Shown: one piece after another, positions 23,621 to 37,300 of the stretch
Layout: each line of letters starts with the position of its first letter
Position numbering within the stretch: position 1 is the first letter of the stretch
Assembly: GCF_964213995.1 (NCBI RefSeq)
Contig: NC_135811.1
Coordinates: forward strand, 77,500,001-77,564,000
Length of the DNA: 64,000 nt
Direction of reading: 5' to 3'
Origin: Mustelus asterias
Lineage: Eukaryota
Translations under genes and position numbers: made by a program
Notes under the pieces: generated by a model
What the model was told of the DNA's origin: nothing
What the model saw: the letters and a program-made list of their open reading frames with translations, nothing else
The model's database searches: none

Positions 23621-25210
23621 GACCAACCGAGTCAGAGTGAAACACCGGACTCACGATAAGACACCGGCCGGGTCCGGGTTCAACTCAGGCCAACAAATAT
23701 TTTCAAACGAATGAAAATCGAACAGTTCCACTTCTGATGCCTGAGTGAACGGCTGAGCTGTTCAGTCCTGTTTCCGTGTGTCTGTCTCTCTCTCTCTCTG
23801 TGTATCCGTGTATATATGTGGACTGTGCTGAGAGGAACTGTCCCTGCCATGCTGTCTCAGGGGCTGGCGATTACATTTAAAAAGTGAAATCTGATAGCGG
23901 GAGTTTTGGAAGTTCTTCATGAGACGAATAGTTAGTCTGCTCCCTGTCTGAGGTAAGGAATCGGAAAGCTGGTGATTCCGTAAGCCAGGGACTGGAAGAT
24001 CCCCGATAGAAAAATCACAAATAGCGCTGGGTTCCAGCTCAAAGTTCCAACAATCTGGATCAATATTATTAATATCCATTTTGTAAAAACAGATTATTGC
24101 CTTCAAAGTGATTGGATTCACATTAAGGAGACAAGAAAAATTGCGGTTCCTCAGATTGTTGGATTTTGAGGCTGTTCTTCTTGAGTTCGCTGCCCGAAGG
24201 CGGGCCCAACCCATTTTCCAATAAGAGCTCCATAAGGTGATTATTACATTCAGAAATGACACTCAATGTGCCGTGACACAGGTAAACTCCCCTCCTCCTT
24301 GTCGCTCTGTCCGCAGCCTTTGACATGGGCGAGCAGACCCTCATCATTCAACTCTCTCCCGCACGGTGCAGCTGATTGGGAGAACTCTCTCTGCCTCTCA
24401 TTCGTACTGAAGTCATTGTACCCTGAGAATATCCAAAATCGCATCTTCCCCCCCCCCCCCCCCGCCCCCCACACTCCACCACGCAGCCCACCTTTGAGCC
24501 TCTGCTGTCTATGAGGATCTCTCCCTCCTCCCTTTTCTAATTCTCATCTCCAAGCTGCCCCATGGGGACATCACTCAGCATTTACCCATCACCCCTGTGC
24601 TGGTTGAATTATGTTGGCTCCTGCTTCAGGAATGCCTTGATTTTAAAATTCTCACCCTCATTTTCAAACTCCGCCAGTCCCTCATCCCTCCCTATCTCTG
24701 TAATCACCTCCAGCCGCGAATCCCGACGAGATATCTGCTCTGCTCCAATTCTAACCCCCGCCCAGAATTTCCCATTTTAATTCACCCACCATGGGTGGTG
24801 TCTCTTCAGCTGCTCAACCCTCAACCTTTGTAATTTCTGCCCTAAACCTCTCCGTCTCCCTTTACCCCATTAAAACGCTCCTTAAAATCAACTTCATTCA
24901 TCAAGTTATTGCTCACCTGCCTCAGTATCTCCTCGTCTGACTGACTATCCAATGTTTCTGGATAACACGCCTGTGAATCACTTTGAACCATCAATCTCTC
25001 TCGAGAATGATGAGTGCTTGTTACTGATAGGCTGTCTCTGATTTCTCCCCTCTCAGGCTCACATTCCCCTTTATCCTTCACTCAGTCCCCTTCTCCTCAA
25101 TTTCTGCTTTCTATTTCTCTCTCAGATCAGAGTTGCTCCTTCAAACAGATTCACATTCAACCTCTCCTGGTTCTTCTCTCCCCTCAATATCATTCCCAGT
25201 TTCAACTCAC

Positions 25211-25342
25211 CATTTGATTGAGTTTGCTGAGTGTGTGTGTGTTGAGAACTTGCTGTAACTGCAGCCTCTCGCAGCCCAGACTGAGGGTCCCGGTCAAGAA
25301 GAGCGACACCATCCAAAATCTCCAAATCCTCGCCAAAGCCAT
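25211..25342 (-). CDS. Distal alternative exon 1 (promoter B) of IFN gene 2
   Basis: 132 nt intact signal-peptide exon with phase-0 gtgag donor. Confidence 0.75.
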
Positions 25343-26290
25343 GACCAACCGGGTCAGAGGGAAAGCCCGATGTGGAAGAGGAGAAACCGGCGGCTTTGGT
25401 GGTTCAGCGGCGAGAACGGTTCTTGCGAAGTGAATTCAAGTCGGGAAGTGGAATTGGAGCCGCTTGTGATCCGGGAGCGAGCGCCTGTGTTGCCGAATGG
25501 TGTGAGTGTGGATTCTGCTGCTCGCTGGCACTGGCACTGCCAGGCTGCCCGCTTTAATGTGCGCCCATTACATTGCAAAAGTGAAAATGGGCTGCAGGGG
25601 TTTTGGGAGAGCTGCGGGAGATCAGTAGTTTGTGCGGTTTCTGTGTGAGGTCAGGAATGGAAAAGCTGGAGACTCCCGAAGCAGCGAGTGAGAAATCCCC
25701 GGGAGAAAATCACAAGCAGCGCTCGGTTGCAGCTCAGTGTTGTGTGGGCTTCACATCACCCGGGGGGACACTAAGGTGCTGCAGAGGGGGGCTCTGTATT
25801 GGGGGGCAGTGTGGACATGGATTGGGGGCTGCATTTGACCTTCCGGATTACAGAGACACCGAGAGCGGCGCCTTTTAGTGCGGGCATTCGGCCCCATTCC
25901 CTCTGATATCCCCGCTGTGTTCACATCGCGTTTGTCCTGTTCACACTTCCCAGCTTGAACATTGCAGAGAGACCGGCTCAGAGCCCAGGCTCGCCGCTTA
26001 ATGGAGACTGACTCCGCTCCCATTGAGCTGCCCCACAATCTGCTCTTTAACTGCAAGAAGTTGCTGATTTCTCGCTTCTTTTCTGCAGCCATTTCCAGAC
26101 TCTGACTGAGAGAATATTGAATCTGTTCCGATTCTGAGTGGGAAAGTGATCCCGCTCCTTTTCCTTTCGTCCCGTTTGTTTCTCCTCTCTGTCCCGGGAA
26201 AGTGTCCGCCTCACTTTCTCTCTGGAAATGAACCTTGTGTCAGTTTGTGCCGAAAGCGAAAGTGCCTCAGGGAAAGTGAGGCGTTTTGTC
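25343..26290 (-). promoter_or_regulatory. Distal GC-rich promoter B with IRF/ISRE cluster (homologs near 14.3-15.1, 34.5-35.5, 44.25-45.1, 53.75-54.7, 63.3-64.0 kb)
   Basis: AAAAGTGAAA near 25577; kB-like GGGAGTCTCC (minus strand, 25668-25677); GAAAGCGAAAGT 26252-26263; GGGAAAGTG at about 26140, 26196 and 26270. Confidence 0.65.
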
Positions 26291-27342
26291 ATTTCCGACA
26301 GTGGGGAGAGTTTGTGAAGAGAGCGGCTCACACTGAGAGGGCTGAGGGGAGGGGCAGCCAAGGGGGTTCTGATATCCGTGATTATCCCCCCGTTCCACTG
26401 GGAATGGCACCGAATCCCTGTCAGATGCAACTGGGATCCGAATCTTCATTCCGGGTGTCGGTGGGAGTGAGATTCCACAGAACCAACTGTATCATAGAAT
26501 CCGAGAGTGCAGAAGGAGGCTATTCGGCCCAAAGCGTCTTCTCGCCGACCACAATCGCACCCTATTCCGTAACCCCACATATTCACCCTGCTACTCGCCT
26601 TGACACTAGGGTTAATTCAGCACGGCCAATCCATCGAACCTGCATATCTTTGGACCGCGAGGGGAAACCGGAGCACCCGGAGGAAACCCACGCAGACGCG
26701 GGGAGAATGTGCAAACTCCACACAGTGAGCCGAGGCTGGAATTGAACCCGTGTCCCTGGTGCAGTGAGGCAGCAGTGCTAACCACTGTGCCACCATGCCG
26801 CCCCTTTCTGTAGACAGGAGGCACAATGCAAATTACAATAATGCTGACATGAATAAACTAATGGTAAATAAAACTGTCGGATTTGTAAAGGAGGGTCAGG
26901 AATCTCTGGGAAGAATTTTACAAACAACATTCGCCAGAAACATGTCCGGAAATAACAAGACCTATGGCAGCATGTCCATCTTCACCAGGTAAAAATCTCC
27001 GCTCCATTCACAGATACCTGGGTCCAATTTGTTTTTTTTATGCTTTCATGAGATATGAGCGACTCTGCAGGGTAACATTTGTTACTCATTCCTAATTGCC
27101 CTTCAGAAGGTGATGGTTAGCCGTTTTTTTTAACTTGCTGCTGTCCTTGTGAAGCAAATACATCTACAGAGATGTTGCGAAGTGAGTTCCAAGATTTTTG
27201 TCCAGAGACAGTTAAGGAACGGTGACGTGGTCCCATGTCGGCATGATGGGTTACTTGAAGGTGAACTTGCCGGTCCTGTTGTTAACATGCGTCTGTTACC
27301 CTTGATTTTCTGGGGGTGGAGGTGGTGAGTTTGGAAGGTGCT

Positions 27343-28004
27343 TGTAAGGGGAAAAATACAAGGGAGCACACTTTAAAATGGCAATACAAGAAAGCACACT
27401 TTAAAATGGCTGCCTGGCACATAAAGGGTTAACTGGGAACGAAGCCAGAAACGCAGACACAGGCTCCCGCTGTTCAGAAATCACTTTAAGTCAAAACCTA
27501 ACAGACAAGCCATTTCCAAATCACAGACAGTGACTCATAGCAAATAAACACCTCAGGAAGCCAAGCCAAGGGTCAAGACATATGTTAAGATAAGGAAAAC
27601 CCGAAACAAAGAGCTTAGATTAACGTTAGAGGAACGCGGGAAATATGAATGCGAGGGAACCAATTAGCACCTGAACGAGACAAAACTAGCCATTGATAGA
27701 TACAGACATAAGGAGCTGTACCCATTCATAAAATGTTAAATGTCTATACCTGTTTGTACTTATGTAAACATGAGGAAATGTACCCATTCATGAAATGTTA
27801 AATGTTTGTACTCACTGAAACTATGTGATAATATTCGAATCACTGGCTTACCCATTGTGTAAAGGGTATAAAAATGAACCGCTCCCGACATACCAGTGAG
27901 AAAAGGTGTTCTACGAACAAGTGTCTTAACTCCCGGAGCTCCGTTTAATAAATCGTATTTTCTGAATCTCGAAGTCTGACTACTAGTGGATTTTTCCCAC
28001 AAGA
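27343..28004 (+). mobile_element. Solo LTR-like insertion
   Basis: Absent at the paralogous site (about 46140). TGTAAGGGGAAAAAT...ATTTTTCCCACA ends; GTGCT duplicated at 27338-27342 and 28005-28009; TATAAAA near 27867; AATAAA near 27947. Confidence 0.8.
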
Positions 28005-29984
28005 GTGCTGTTGAAGGAGCCTGAGTGGGTTGCTGCAGTCAATCTTGTAGATGGCACACACTGCTGCCACTGTGCGGCGGTGGTGCGGAAGTCAATGTTA
28101 AGTTGGTGAAAGGGATGCAGACTTCTGGGTATAGATATTATTCAATGAGTGGAGATTTCATGCTATGTAGAAATTACAGACAATTGTACAGCGGTTTCTT
28201 TATCCTCACTTCTGACCCTATCCGCCTCCATCACCCCAACAAAATTGAGAAGCTTTTGCTCAACTTTCTGCTCCAATTTAATTGCCAATTACCAAATGTG
28301 ACATCGGCCATGGAGCAGCACAACGGGACGGCATATTTAAATTCAATTTTTAACAAATACATTAAAGTATTAATTTATGCATTTCTGCATTTAATTGGGT
28401 GCAGATTAACTCATTCACAGATACCTGTTGACCCAAACTATAGATATTTTCATGAACTTATCAGTTTATCCTCTATTAGAATCCTGCTTTAAAATGACTG
28501 AAAATGACCTTTAAAAAGGCAGGTCCATTTTCTGGTGAATCTGGGGTGCAATATTTATTTTATTTTCAAATTCACAAGTTACATTGCCCATCAATTTTTC
28601 ACAGGTCAATTACTGTCCTCACATCAAAATGACTCAATTTTGTTCTGGAGCCTTATTGAAGGAACGTAAATCATTTCAATGGTGAATAATTTACCCTGGG
28701 GTGAGGCCAGTTTTGTGTTGGCCCAGTTTTCAGGATAATTGTTTTGCAAAAAGGCTTACATCCATGTGACACCCTCACTGGTCACAGAATCTCTCAAAGC
28801 ATTTGACAGCTGATGGAGTGCCTTTGAGGTATATTGACTGTTGTAATATAGGTAACACATGAGCCAATTTGTGCTTCATACTCACGCAAACAGCACTCTA
28901 AAAGCGAACAGAGGACCTGGTTTAATGATATTGATTGTGGGTAATTATCAGGCTGGCAATCTGGAATTAGTGGATTGCACCTCCTCCTTGAGTTCTTTGT
29001 AATGTAATCATTATTTAACATGCAGATTTCCAGAAGGTGTCAACCATGATACCACATGAGAGATTTTCATCCTGACATTCCACATATTCTCTTTCCTACC
29101 CAGAGACTGTTGACTCCTCAGCCCATTGACTGATTTCCCAATCTGTACTCTGCAGGTTTTAAAAGTTTGTTCACATGGGTTGCATGTCACGGGAATGGTC
29201 GGTGTTTGTTGCCCATCCCCAATTGCCCTTAATGGAGATAGCATGCTAGGCCACTTTAGAGGGCAGTTAAAAGGTAACCACATTGTTGTGGTTCTACAGC
29301 CATGTGTCGGCCAGAACAGGTATCGAGGGCAGATTTCCTTTCCTTACAGACATGAGTGAATCAGATGGATTTTTGGGCAAATTCACAGAAATAAATAAGA
29401 AACATAATTTCAACAAATGTGTATTATTAAAAACAATTTATTGTAAATATTAAATACATATAAACATGGTTTCAGTATAAACATTGCCTGCGTGGAAAAA
29501 CATTGTCTATTCCATAACTCGAAATAAATATCAATAACTTAACATTTTTAAACTCATTTTACACATTGTGGAAACTGTCACATTTTGTTTCACAAAGACA
29601 TCACAACAATAAATATCAATAAATTAGAGGAGCTGAAATTGGTTGAAATGTTGTCCATTTAGGAGGGCACAAATGGAAAGGTCAGCGTGGCTCTGGGTTT
29701 ATTGGTTTGCAAACCCACTTCCTGAAAGCCTGACAGTACATTCCAAATCAGGCTCTCCACACACTGAAAATGTAACGTTGCATCAGGGGGAAATAACACA
29801 GCCGTAAATATCAATAAATAAAAAATAAATAAAAATAAATAACCTAACAAGTCACCCATTGTTCTCCCATCATTAATGTAAAGTATAAAATTCATTACAA
29901 ATATCCATAAATAAATATAGTTTTAAATGAAAATTCTTTAAAATAAATATTCATTGTTCCCAGTCTGTAATAGAAAAGTCTTTT

Positions 29985-32813
29985 TCAGTTTCTTCTCCTG
30001 ATTTGTGCCATTACGGAAGTCATCTGTTGTAATCGGCCCCTGGTCTCAGTGCGGATTATTTCCCAGGCACATTCACTGAATTTCTGAAAAAGAAAATTAT
30101 TCAGGAAAATGGATTACAGAATGAATAGATTCCAAGAGGGTGAATTAATGTACATGCCAATAACCACACAGTCAATCATCAATGGTCCTACCTCCTGATT
30201 GAGGAACTTTTCCAGTTTCCTGAAGTAATTGTGAATGGTGAAGTTTCTCCTCATCTTGTGCTCTGACTCCTGTTTCCTGACACATTCTTCCAGCTCACTG
30301 AGCTGCCGATCCAGGATCAGCTGGAAATGTTCCACCTTGTTCCGGGCCCATGTGACTGAGCCCAGATTCATGCTGTAGATCTTGTTGATGTGTCGCAGAG
30401 TTTGATGGACAATCTGGATCCTGTCCTGTGTCTATACAAAATATACACAACGTAATTAGAGAGATTCCATTCCCAATAAGGCATCGTATGATATAGGCCA
30501 CGAACAAATAAGGCTAAAAATGTTCAAATGGAAAATGTTCACCTTCAGCGACTTAAAAGGGGATCAGGTCTGTGTGTATTGGAATCAAAGATTGCTATTT
30601 CTTTCTTCATGGGATGTGGGCATCACTGGCAAAGCCAGAATTTGTTGCTCATCCCTAATTGTATGTGACATGAATATTTCAGGTAATATTTAAGAGTCAA
30701 CCACATGATTGTGGGTTTGCAGTGACTTGTAGGCCAGACCGAGTAAGGACAGCTGGTTTTCTTTCCTTAAAGGTTATTAATGAACCAGATGGATCTTTAC
30801 AACAACCTATGACAGTCCCATTGCTGGGAATAGCTATATTTGCAGATTTATGAATTGGGCATGAATTCGATTGGCTGCCCTGGTGGAAATTGAACTAAAG
30901 TTCCCAGAGCATAACACTAGGCCTTGGGATTATTAGTCCAGTGGCATGAGCACTGTGCCACTATTACCTCCTAAATATTATTGGGTCAATAATAATTGCA
31001 AATAAGCAATGGGAGTTTTAAAAGTGGAGATGTGTTGGATATAAATTGGGTTCTTTTCGATGAAGCAGAGAAGCCAGAGGCCATCCAATTTACAATAAAA
31101 ATTAGACTCTTTGTTCAGTATAGAAACAAGTTGAATGCAGACCATATACACCAAAATTATCAAAAGAAATGAGGGGTGAATACAATGCATGAGAATTAAT
31201 GAGAGGTATCGTGAAGGGGAAGCTAAAAATGGGTCATAAGAATATAAAGAATGTGGAGATGCTGCTATTGGACTAGGGAGGAGAAGATGAGAGTCCAAGA
31301 AGTCTATTTCAAATCAGTGATTTGAATTTGGCTTCAGTTCAGAAGGAGATGCTTCAAATGTTACAGTAAAGGGAGAAGTAGTAAAGAAATTGGATGGGAT
31401 AAAAACCGATAAAAAGGGGGTATCACTGTGACCGTGCAACTGGGAATGTTGCTGCTTGTCCTCAATGCACCTGTCAAAAGTCCAGGATCAAAGAGGGACG
31501 ACATTTCTAAGGTGAGTAAGACTTGGATGGAAGTGCTGGAGAGGTGAGGATTGTCAGAGATATGGGAACATGGTCAGAAGCATAAGGTTGTTGTTCTTCC
31601 ATCACATCCTGCACTGCACCAGATGCCGGTCACTTGATCAGTCCAGTACTGCCTTTGAATGAAAGACATACTCACAACTCCTCCTGACCCCACCTACAAT
31701 ACTAGCAACCTGGAAGCAAACCGACAAGATGACTTTCTGGATTCCCATTTGCTGAATCCCCTGATTCCTACTGGTTGTGTAAAGTTGTCAGTGGGGATGT
31801 GGCCCTTATATGGGCATTAAATCTATGTCTCCCAGACCGTCTAACATCAGTTAATGGGAAAAGTTATCCCTTGACTACCTTTGGGAAACAACCATAATTC
31901 TGAAATATTCTGCACTCAGACTGTATCCCAAACATATCATGTACATTGTTAACGCTAAGGATATTTCAATTGCATTGAGTCGCATAAGAGTGGGACATGC
32001 TGCATGGAGGCATGTTGAATTTCATCGCACTTTCTATAATTTTGAAGTTGAAATGTTTTGTAATGCTCTTCCGCAAATGTAATGAATAATTCATATTTTT
32101 GGGGTGAAATTTAGTGATCAGAAGAATGAAAGTGTAAGGGGAAGGGAGATACAGAAAATAAAATAGTTCGCGGGTATCTGATCATTAGAGCAAGCGGGCT
32201 TATTGGGGAGGAAGGAATGGTGAGAGCGATCGATATAATTTCAGGGGGTTCGAGACACAGAGATAGTAAGTGCGGTAACAGTGAAATTACTGAGTGAGTT
32301 AGATACAGAGTGAAATACAATGACAGAGAATTCTGTATTTCACTCTGTATCTAACTCACTCAGAGAATTCTGTCATTGTCACAATGGGTGGAAATCACAC
32401 GATTGAAAATTCTTGCAGTTGCCAGTTCCGATTGGATTGTTGATCGAACTTTCTATAAAACCTGTTTCTAAATGAAATGCACCGAGATTTTACTCACCTC
32501 AAATCCCTTCGAAAGTTTCACCAGGTCCAAGGGCTTGGATTTCAGGAAGTGTCTCTGTTTTATACAGTGTTGGGGAAAGGAGCCACCCTGAGAGGAGAAA
32601 AAATATAATCAATTATAAATCCCCAGAAATGTCCCCTGATTTGACATTTCACACGCTGCTCAGAATGCAGCTTTAACTCACCATTTGATTGAGTTTGCTG
32701 AGTGTGTGTGTGTTGAGAACTTGCTGTAACTGCAGCCTCTCACAGCCCAGACTGAGGGTCCCGGACAAGAAGAGCGACACCATCCAACATCTCCAAATCC
32801 TCGCCAAAGCCAT
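29985..32813 (-). CDS. Type I interferon gene 3 (array, flank type B), 186 aa
   Basis: Exons 32682-32813, 32498-32587, 30192-30431, 29985-30083. Open frame, intact splice sites, CAWE motif. Confidence 0.93.
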
Positions 32814-34385
32814 GACCAACCGAGTCAGAGTGAAACCCCGGACTGAGGATAAGACACTGACCGGGTCCGGGTTCAACTCAGACCAACAATTATTTTCAAA
32901 CGAATGAAAGTCGAATAGTTCCCCTTCTGACGCCCGAGTGATCGGCTGAACTGTTCAGTTCTCTTTCCGTGTGTCTGTGCCTCTCTCTGGATATCCGTGT
33001 ATATATGTGGACTGTGCTGAGAGCAACTGTCCCTGCTATGCTGTTGCAGGGGCTGGCGAGTACAATTAAAAAGTGAAATCTGATAGCGGGAGTTTTGGAA
33101 GTTCTTCAGGAGAGGAATAGTTAGTCTGCTCCCTGTCTGAGGTAAGGAATCGGAAAGCTGGAGATTCCGGAACCAGGGACTGAAAGATCCCCGATCGAAA
33201 AATCACAAATAGCGCTCGGTTCCAGATCAAAGTTCCAACAATCTGGATCAATATTATTAATATCCATTTTGTGAAAACAGATTATTGCATTCAAAGTGAT
33301 TGGATTCACATTAAGGGGACATGAAAAGTTGCGGTTGGTCAGATTGTTGGATTTTGAGGATGTTCTTCTTGAGTTCTCTGCACGAATGCGGGTCCAACCC
33401 ATTTTCTCACAAGAGCTCCATGAGGTGATTATTACATTCAGAAATGACACTCAATGTGCCGTGACACAGGTAAACTCTACCTCCTCCTTGTCGCTCTGTC
33501 CGCAGCCTTTGACATGGGCGAGCAGACCCTCATCATTCAACTCTCTCCCCCACGGTGCAACTGATTGGGAGAACTCTCCCTCTCATTCTTACTGAAGTCA
33601 TTGTACCCTGAGAATATCCAGAATCGCATCTTTTCTCCCCCCCCCCCCCCACTCCACCACGCACCCCACATTTCAGCCGCTGCTGTCCATGAGGATCTCT
33701 CCCTGCTCCCTTTCTAATTCTCATCTCCAAGCTGCCCCATGGGGACATCACTCACCATTTACCCATCACCCCTGTGCTGGTTGAATTATGTTGGCTCCTG
33801 CTTCAGGAATGCCTTGATTTTAAAAATCTCACCCTCATTTTCAAACTCCGCCAGTCCCTCATCCCTCCCTATCTCTGTAATCACCTCCAGCAGCGAATCC
33901 CTACGAGATATCTGCTCTGCTCCAATTCTGGCCCCTCCAGAAATCCGCATTTTAATTCACCCACCATGGGTGGTGTCTCTTCAGCTGCTCAACCCTCAAC
34001 CTCTGTAATTTCTGCCTTAAACCTCTCCGTCTCCCTTTACCCCATTAAAACGCTCCTTAAAATCAACTTCATTCATCAAGTTATTGCTCACCTGCCTCAG
34101 TATCTCCTCGTCTGACTGACTATCCAATGTTTCTGGATAACACGCCTGTGAATCACTTTGAACCATCAATCTCTCTCTATAATGATGAGTGCTTGTTACT
34201 GATGGGCTGTCTCTGATTTCCCCCCTCTCAGGCTCACATTCCCCTTTATCCTTCACTCAGTCCCCTTCTCCTCAATTTCTGCTTTCTATTTCTCTCTCAG
34301 ATCAGAGTTGCTCCTTCAAACAGATTCAGATTCAACTTCTCCTGGTTCCTCTTTTCTCTCCATATCATTCCCAGTTTCAACTCAC

Positions 34386-34517
34386 CATTTGATTGAGTTT
34401 GCTGAGTGTGTGTTTGTTGAGAACTTGCTGTAACTGCAGCCTCTCGCAGCCCAGACTGAGGGTCCCGGTCAAGAAGAGCGACACCATCCAAAATCTCCAA
34501 ATCCTCGCCAAAGCCAT
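34386..34517 (-). CDS. Distal alternative exon 1 (promoter B) of IFN gene 3
   Basis: 132 nt intact signal-peptide exon with phase-0 donor. Confidence 0.75.
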
Positions 34518-37300
34518 GACCAACCGAGTCAGAGTGAAAGCCCGATGTGGAAGAGGAGAAACCGGCGGCTTTGGTGGTTCAGCGGCGAGAACGGTTCTTG
34601 CGAAGTGAATTCAAGTCGGGAAGTGGAATTGGAGCCGCTTGTGATCCGGGAGCGAGCGTCTGTGTTGCCGAATGGTGTGAGTGTGGATTCTGCTGCTCGC
34701 TGGCACTGGCACTGCCAGGCTGCCCGCTTTAATGTGCGCCCATTACATTGCAAAAGTGAAAATGGGCTGCAGGGGTTTTGGGAGAGCTGCGGGAGATCAG
34801 TAGTTTGTGCGGTTTCTGTGTGAGGTCAGGAATGGGAAAGCTGGAGACTCCCGAAGCAGCGAGTGAGAAATCCCCGGGAGAAAATCACAAGCAGCGCCCA
34901 GTTGCAGCTCAGCGTTGTGTGGGTTTCACATCACCCCGGGGGGCACTAAGGTGCTACAGAGGGGGGCTCTGTATTGGGAGGGCAGTGTGGACATGGATTA
35001 GGGGCTGCATTTAACCATCCGGATTACAGAGACACCGAGAGGCGCCTTTTAGTGCGGACATTCGGCCCCATTCCCTCTGATATCCCCGCTGTGTTCACAT
35101 CGCCTTTATCCTGTTCACACTTCCCAGCTTGAACATTGCAGAGAGACCGGCTCAGAGCCCAGGCTCGCCGCTTAATGGAGACTGACTCCGCTCCCATTGA
35201 GCTGCCCCACAATCTGCTCTTTAACTGCAAGAAGTAGCTCATTTCTCGCTTCTTTGCTGCAGCCATTTCCAGACTCTGACTGAGAGAATATTGAATCTGT
35301 TCCGATTCTGAGTGGGAAAGTGATCCCGCTCCCTTTCCTTTCGCCCCGTTTGTTCCTCCTCTCTGTCCCGGGAAAGTGTCCGCCTCACTTTCTCTCTGGA
35401 AATGAACCTTGTGTCAGTTTGTGCCGAAAGCGAAAGTGCCTCAGGGAAAGTGAGGCGTTTTGTCATTTCCGACAGTGGGGAGAGTTTGTGAAGAGAGCGG
35501 CTCACACTGAGAGGGCTGAGGGGAGGGGCTGCCTCTGATATTCGTATTTATCCCCGCTTTCAACAGGCAATAAGATATAGGGGCAGAATTAGGCCATTTG
35601 GCCCATCGAGTCCGCTTCGCCTTTTGATCATGGCTGATATGCTCCTCAACTACCACTTTCCTGCCTTCTCCCCGAACTCTTCAACCCATTACCAATTAAA
35701 AATCTGTCTAACTCCTCCTTAAATTTACTCACTGTCCCAACATCCACCGCACTTTGGGGTCGCAAATTCCACAGATTCACAACCCTTTGGGAGAAGTAGT
35801 TTCTCCTCTACTCAGTTTTAAACTTGCTACCCCTTATCCTAAATCTATGACCTCCCGTCCTAGAATGCCCCACAAGAGGAAGCATCCGCTCCACGTCTAC
35901 TTTATCCACACCTTTTATCATCTTGAATACCTCAATTTTCTAATCTCATTCTTCTAAATTCCAGAGAGTATCGGACTAAACTTTTCAATCTCTCTTCATA
36001 CGACAAACCCCTCATCTGTGGAATCAATCTAGTGAACCTCCTCTGAACTGCCTCCAATGTCACTACATCTTTCCTCAAATGAGGGGACCAATACTGTGCA
36101 CAATACTCCAGATGCAGCCTCACTGATGCCTTCTATAGTTTCAACAATACTTCCTTACACTATATTCTATTCTTTTAGCTATAAAGGCACTGAATCCCTG
36201 TCAGATTGAACTCGGATCCAAATCTTCAGTCCGGGTGTAGGTGGGAGTGCGATCCCACAACAACAACAGTCTCATAGAATCCTAGATTGCAGAAGGAGGC
36301 TATTCGGCCCATTGAGTCTGCACCGACCACAATCCCGTAGTCCTACATATTTACCCTGCTACTCGCCTTGACACTAGGGTCAATTTATCACAGCCAATCC
36401 ACCTAACCTGCGTATCTTTCGACTGTGAGAGGAAACTGTGGAACCCAAAGGAAACCCACGCAGATGTGGGAAGAATGTGCAAACTCCACACAGACAGTGA
36501 TCCAAGGCTGGAATTGAACCCGTGTCCCTGGCGCTGTGAGGCAGCAGTGCTAACCACTGTGCCACCATGTTGCCCCTTTCTGTAAGAGGTTTAACAACAC
36601 CAGGTTAAAGTCCAACAGGTTTATTTGGTAGCAAAAGCCACAAGCGTTTGGAGCCTTAAGCCCCTTCCTCAGTTGAGTGGGAATTCTGTTCACAAACAGG
36701 GCATATAATGACACAAACTCAATTTACAGAATAATGGTTGGAATGCGAATACTTACAGCAAATCAAGTCTTTAAGATACAAACAATATGAGTGGAGAGAG
36801 CATCAAGACAGGCTAAAGAGATGTGTATTGTCTCCAGACAGGACAGCCAGTGAGACTCTGCAGGTCCAGGCAAGCTGTGGGGATTACAGATAGTGTGACA
36901 CGAACTCAATATCCCGGTTGAGCCGTCCTCATGTGTGCGGAATTGGGCTATCAGTTTCTGCTCAGCGCCATCGTGTGTCGCAAAGGCCTCCTTGGAGAAG
37001 GCTTACCCGAATATCAGAGGCCGAATGCCCGTGACCGCTGAAGTGCTCCCCAACAGGAAGAGAGCAGTCTTGCCTGGTGATTGTCGAGCGGTGTTCATTC
37101 ATCCGTTGTCGCAGCGTCTGCATGGTTTCCCCAATGTACCATGCGTCGGGACATCCTTTCCTGCAACGTATCAGGTAGACAACGTTGGCCGAGTTGCAAG
37201 AGTATGTACCGTGTACATGGTGGATGGTGTTCTCACGTGAGTATGTAATTGGGTGCAGATTAACTCATTCACAGATGTCTGTTGACCCAAACCATAGATA

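Noticed and set aside
28025-28492. 155-aa ORF, also at 46159-46626
   Set aside because: Non-ATG start, spans repeat fragments, and is shared only by two recent duplicates.
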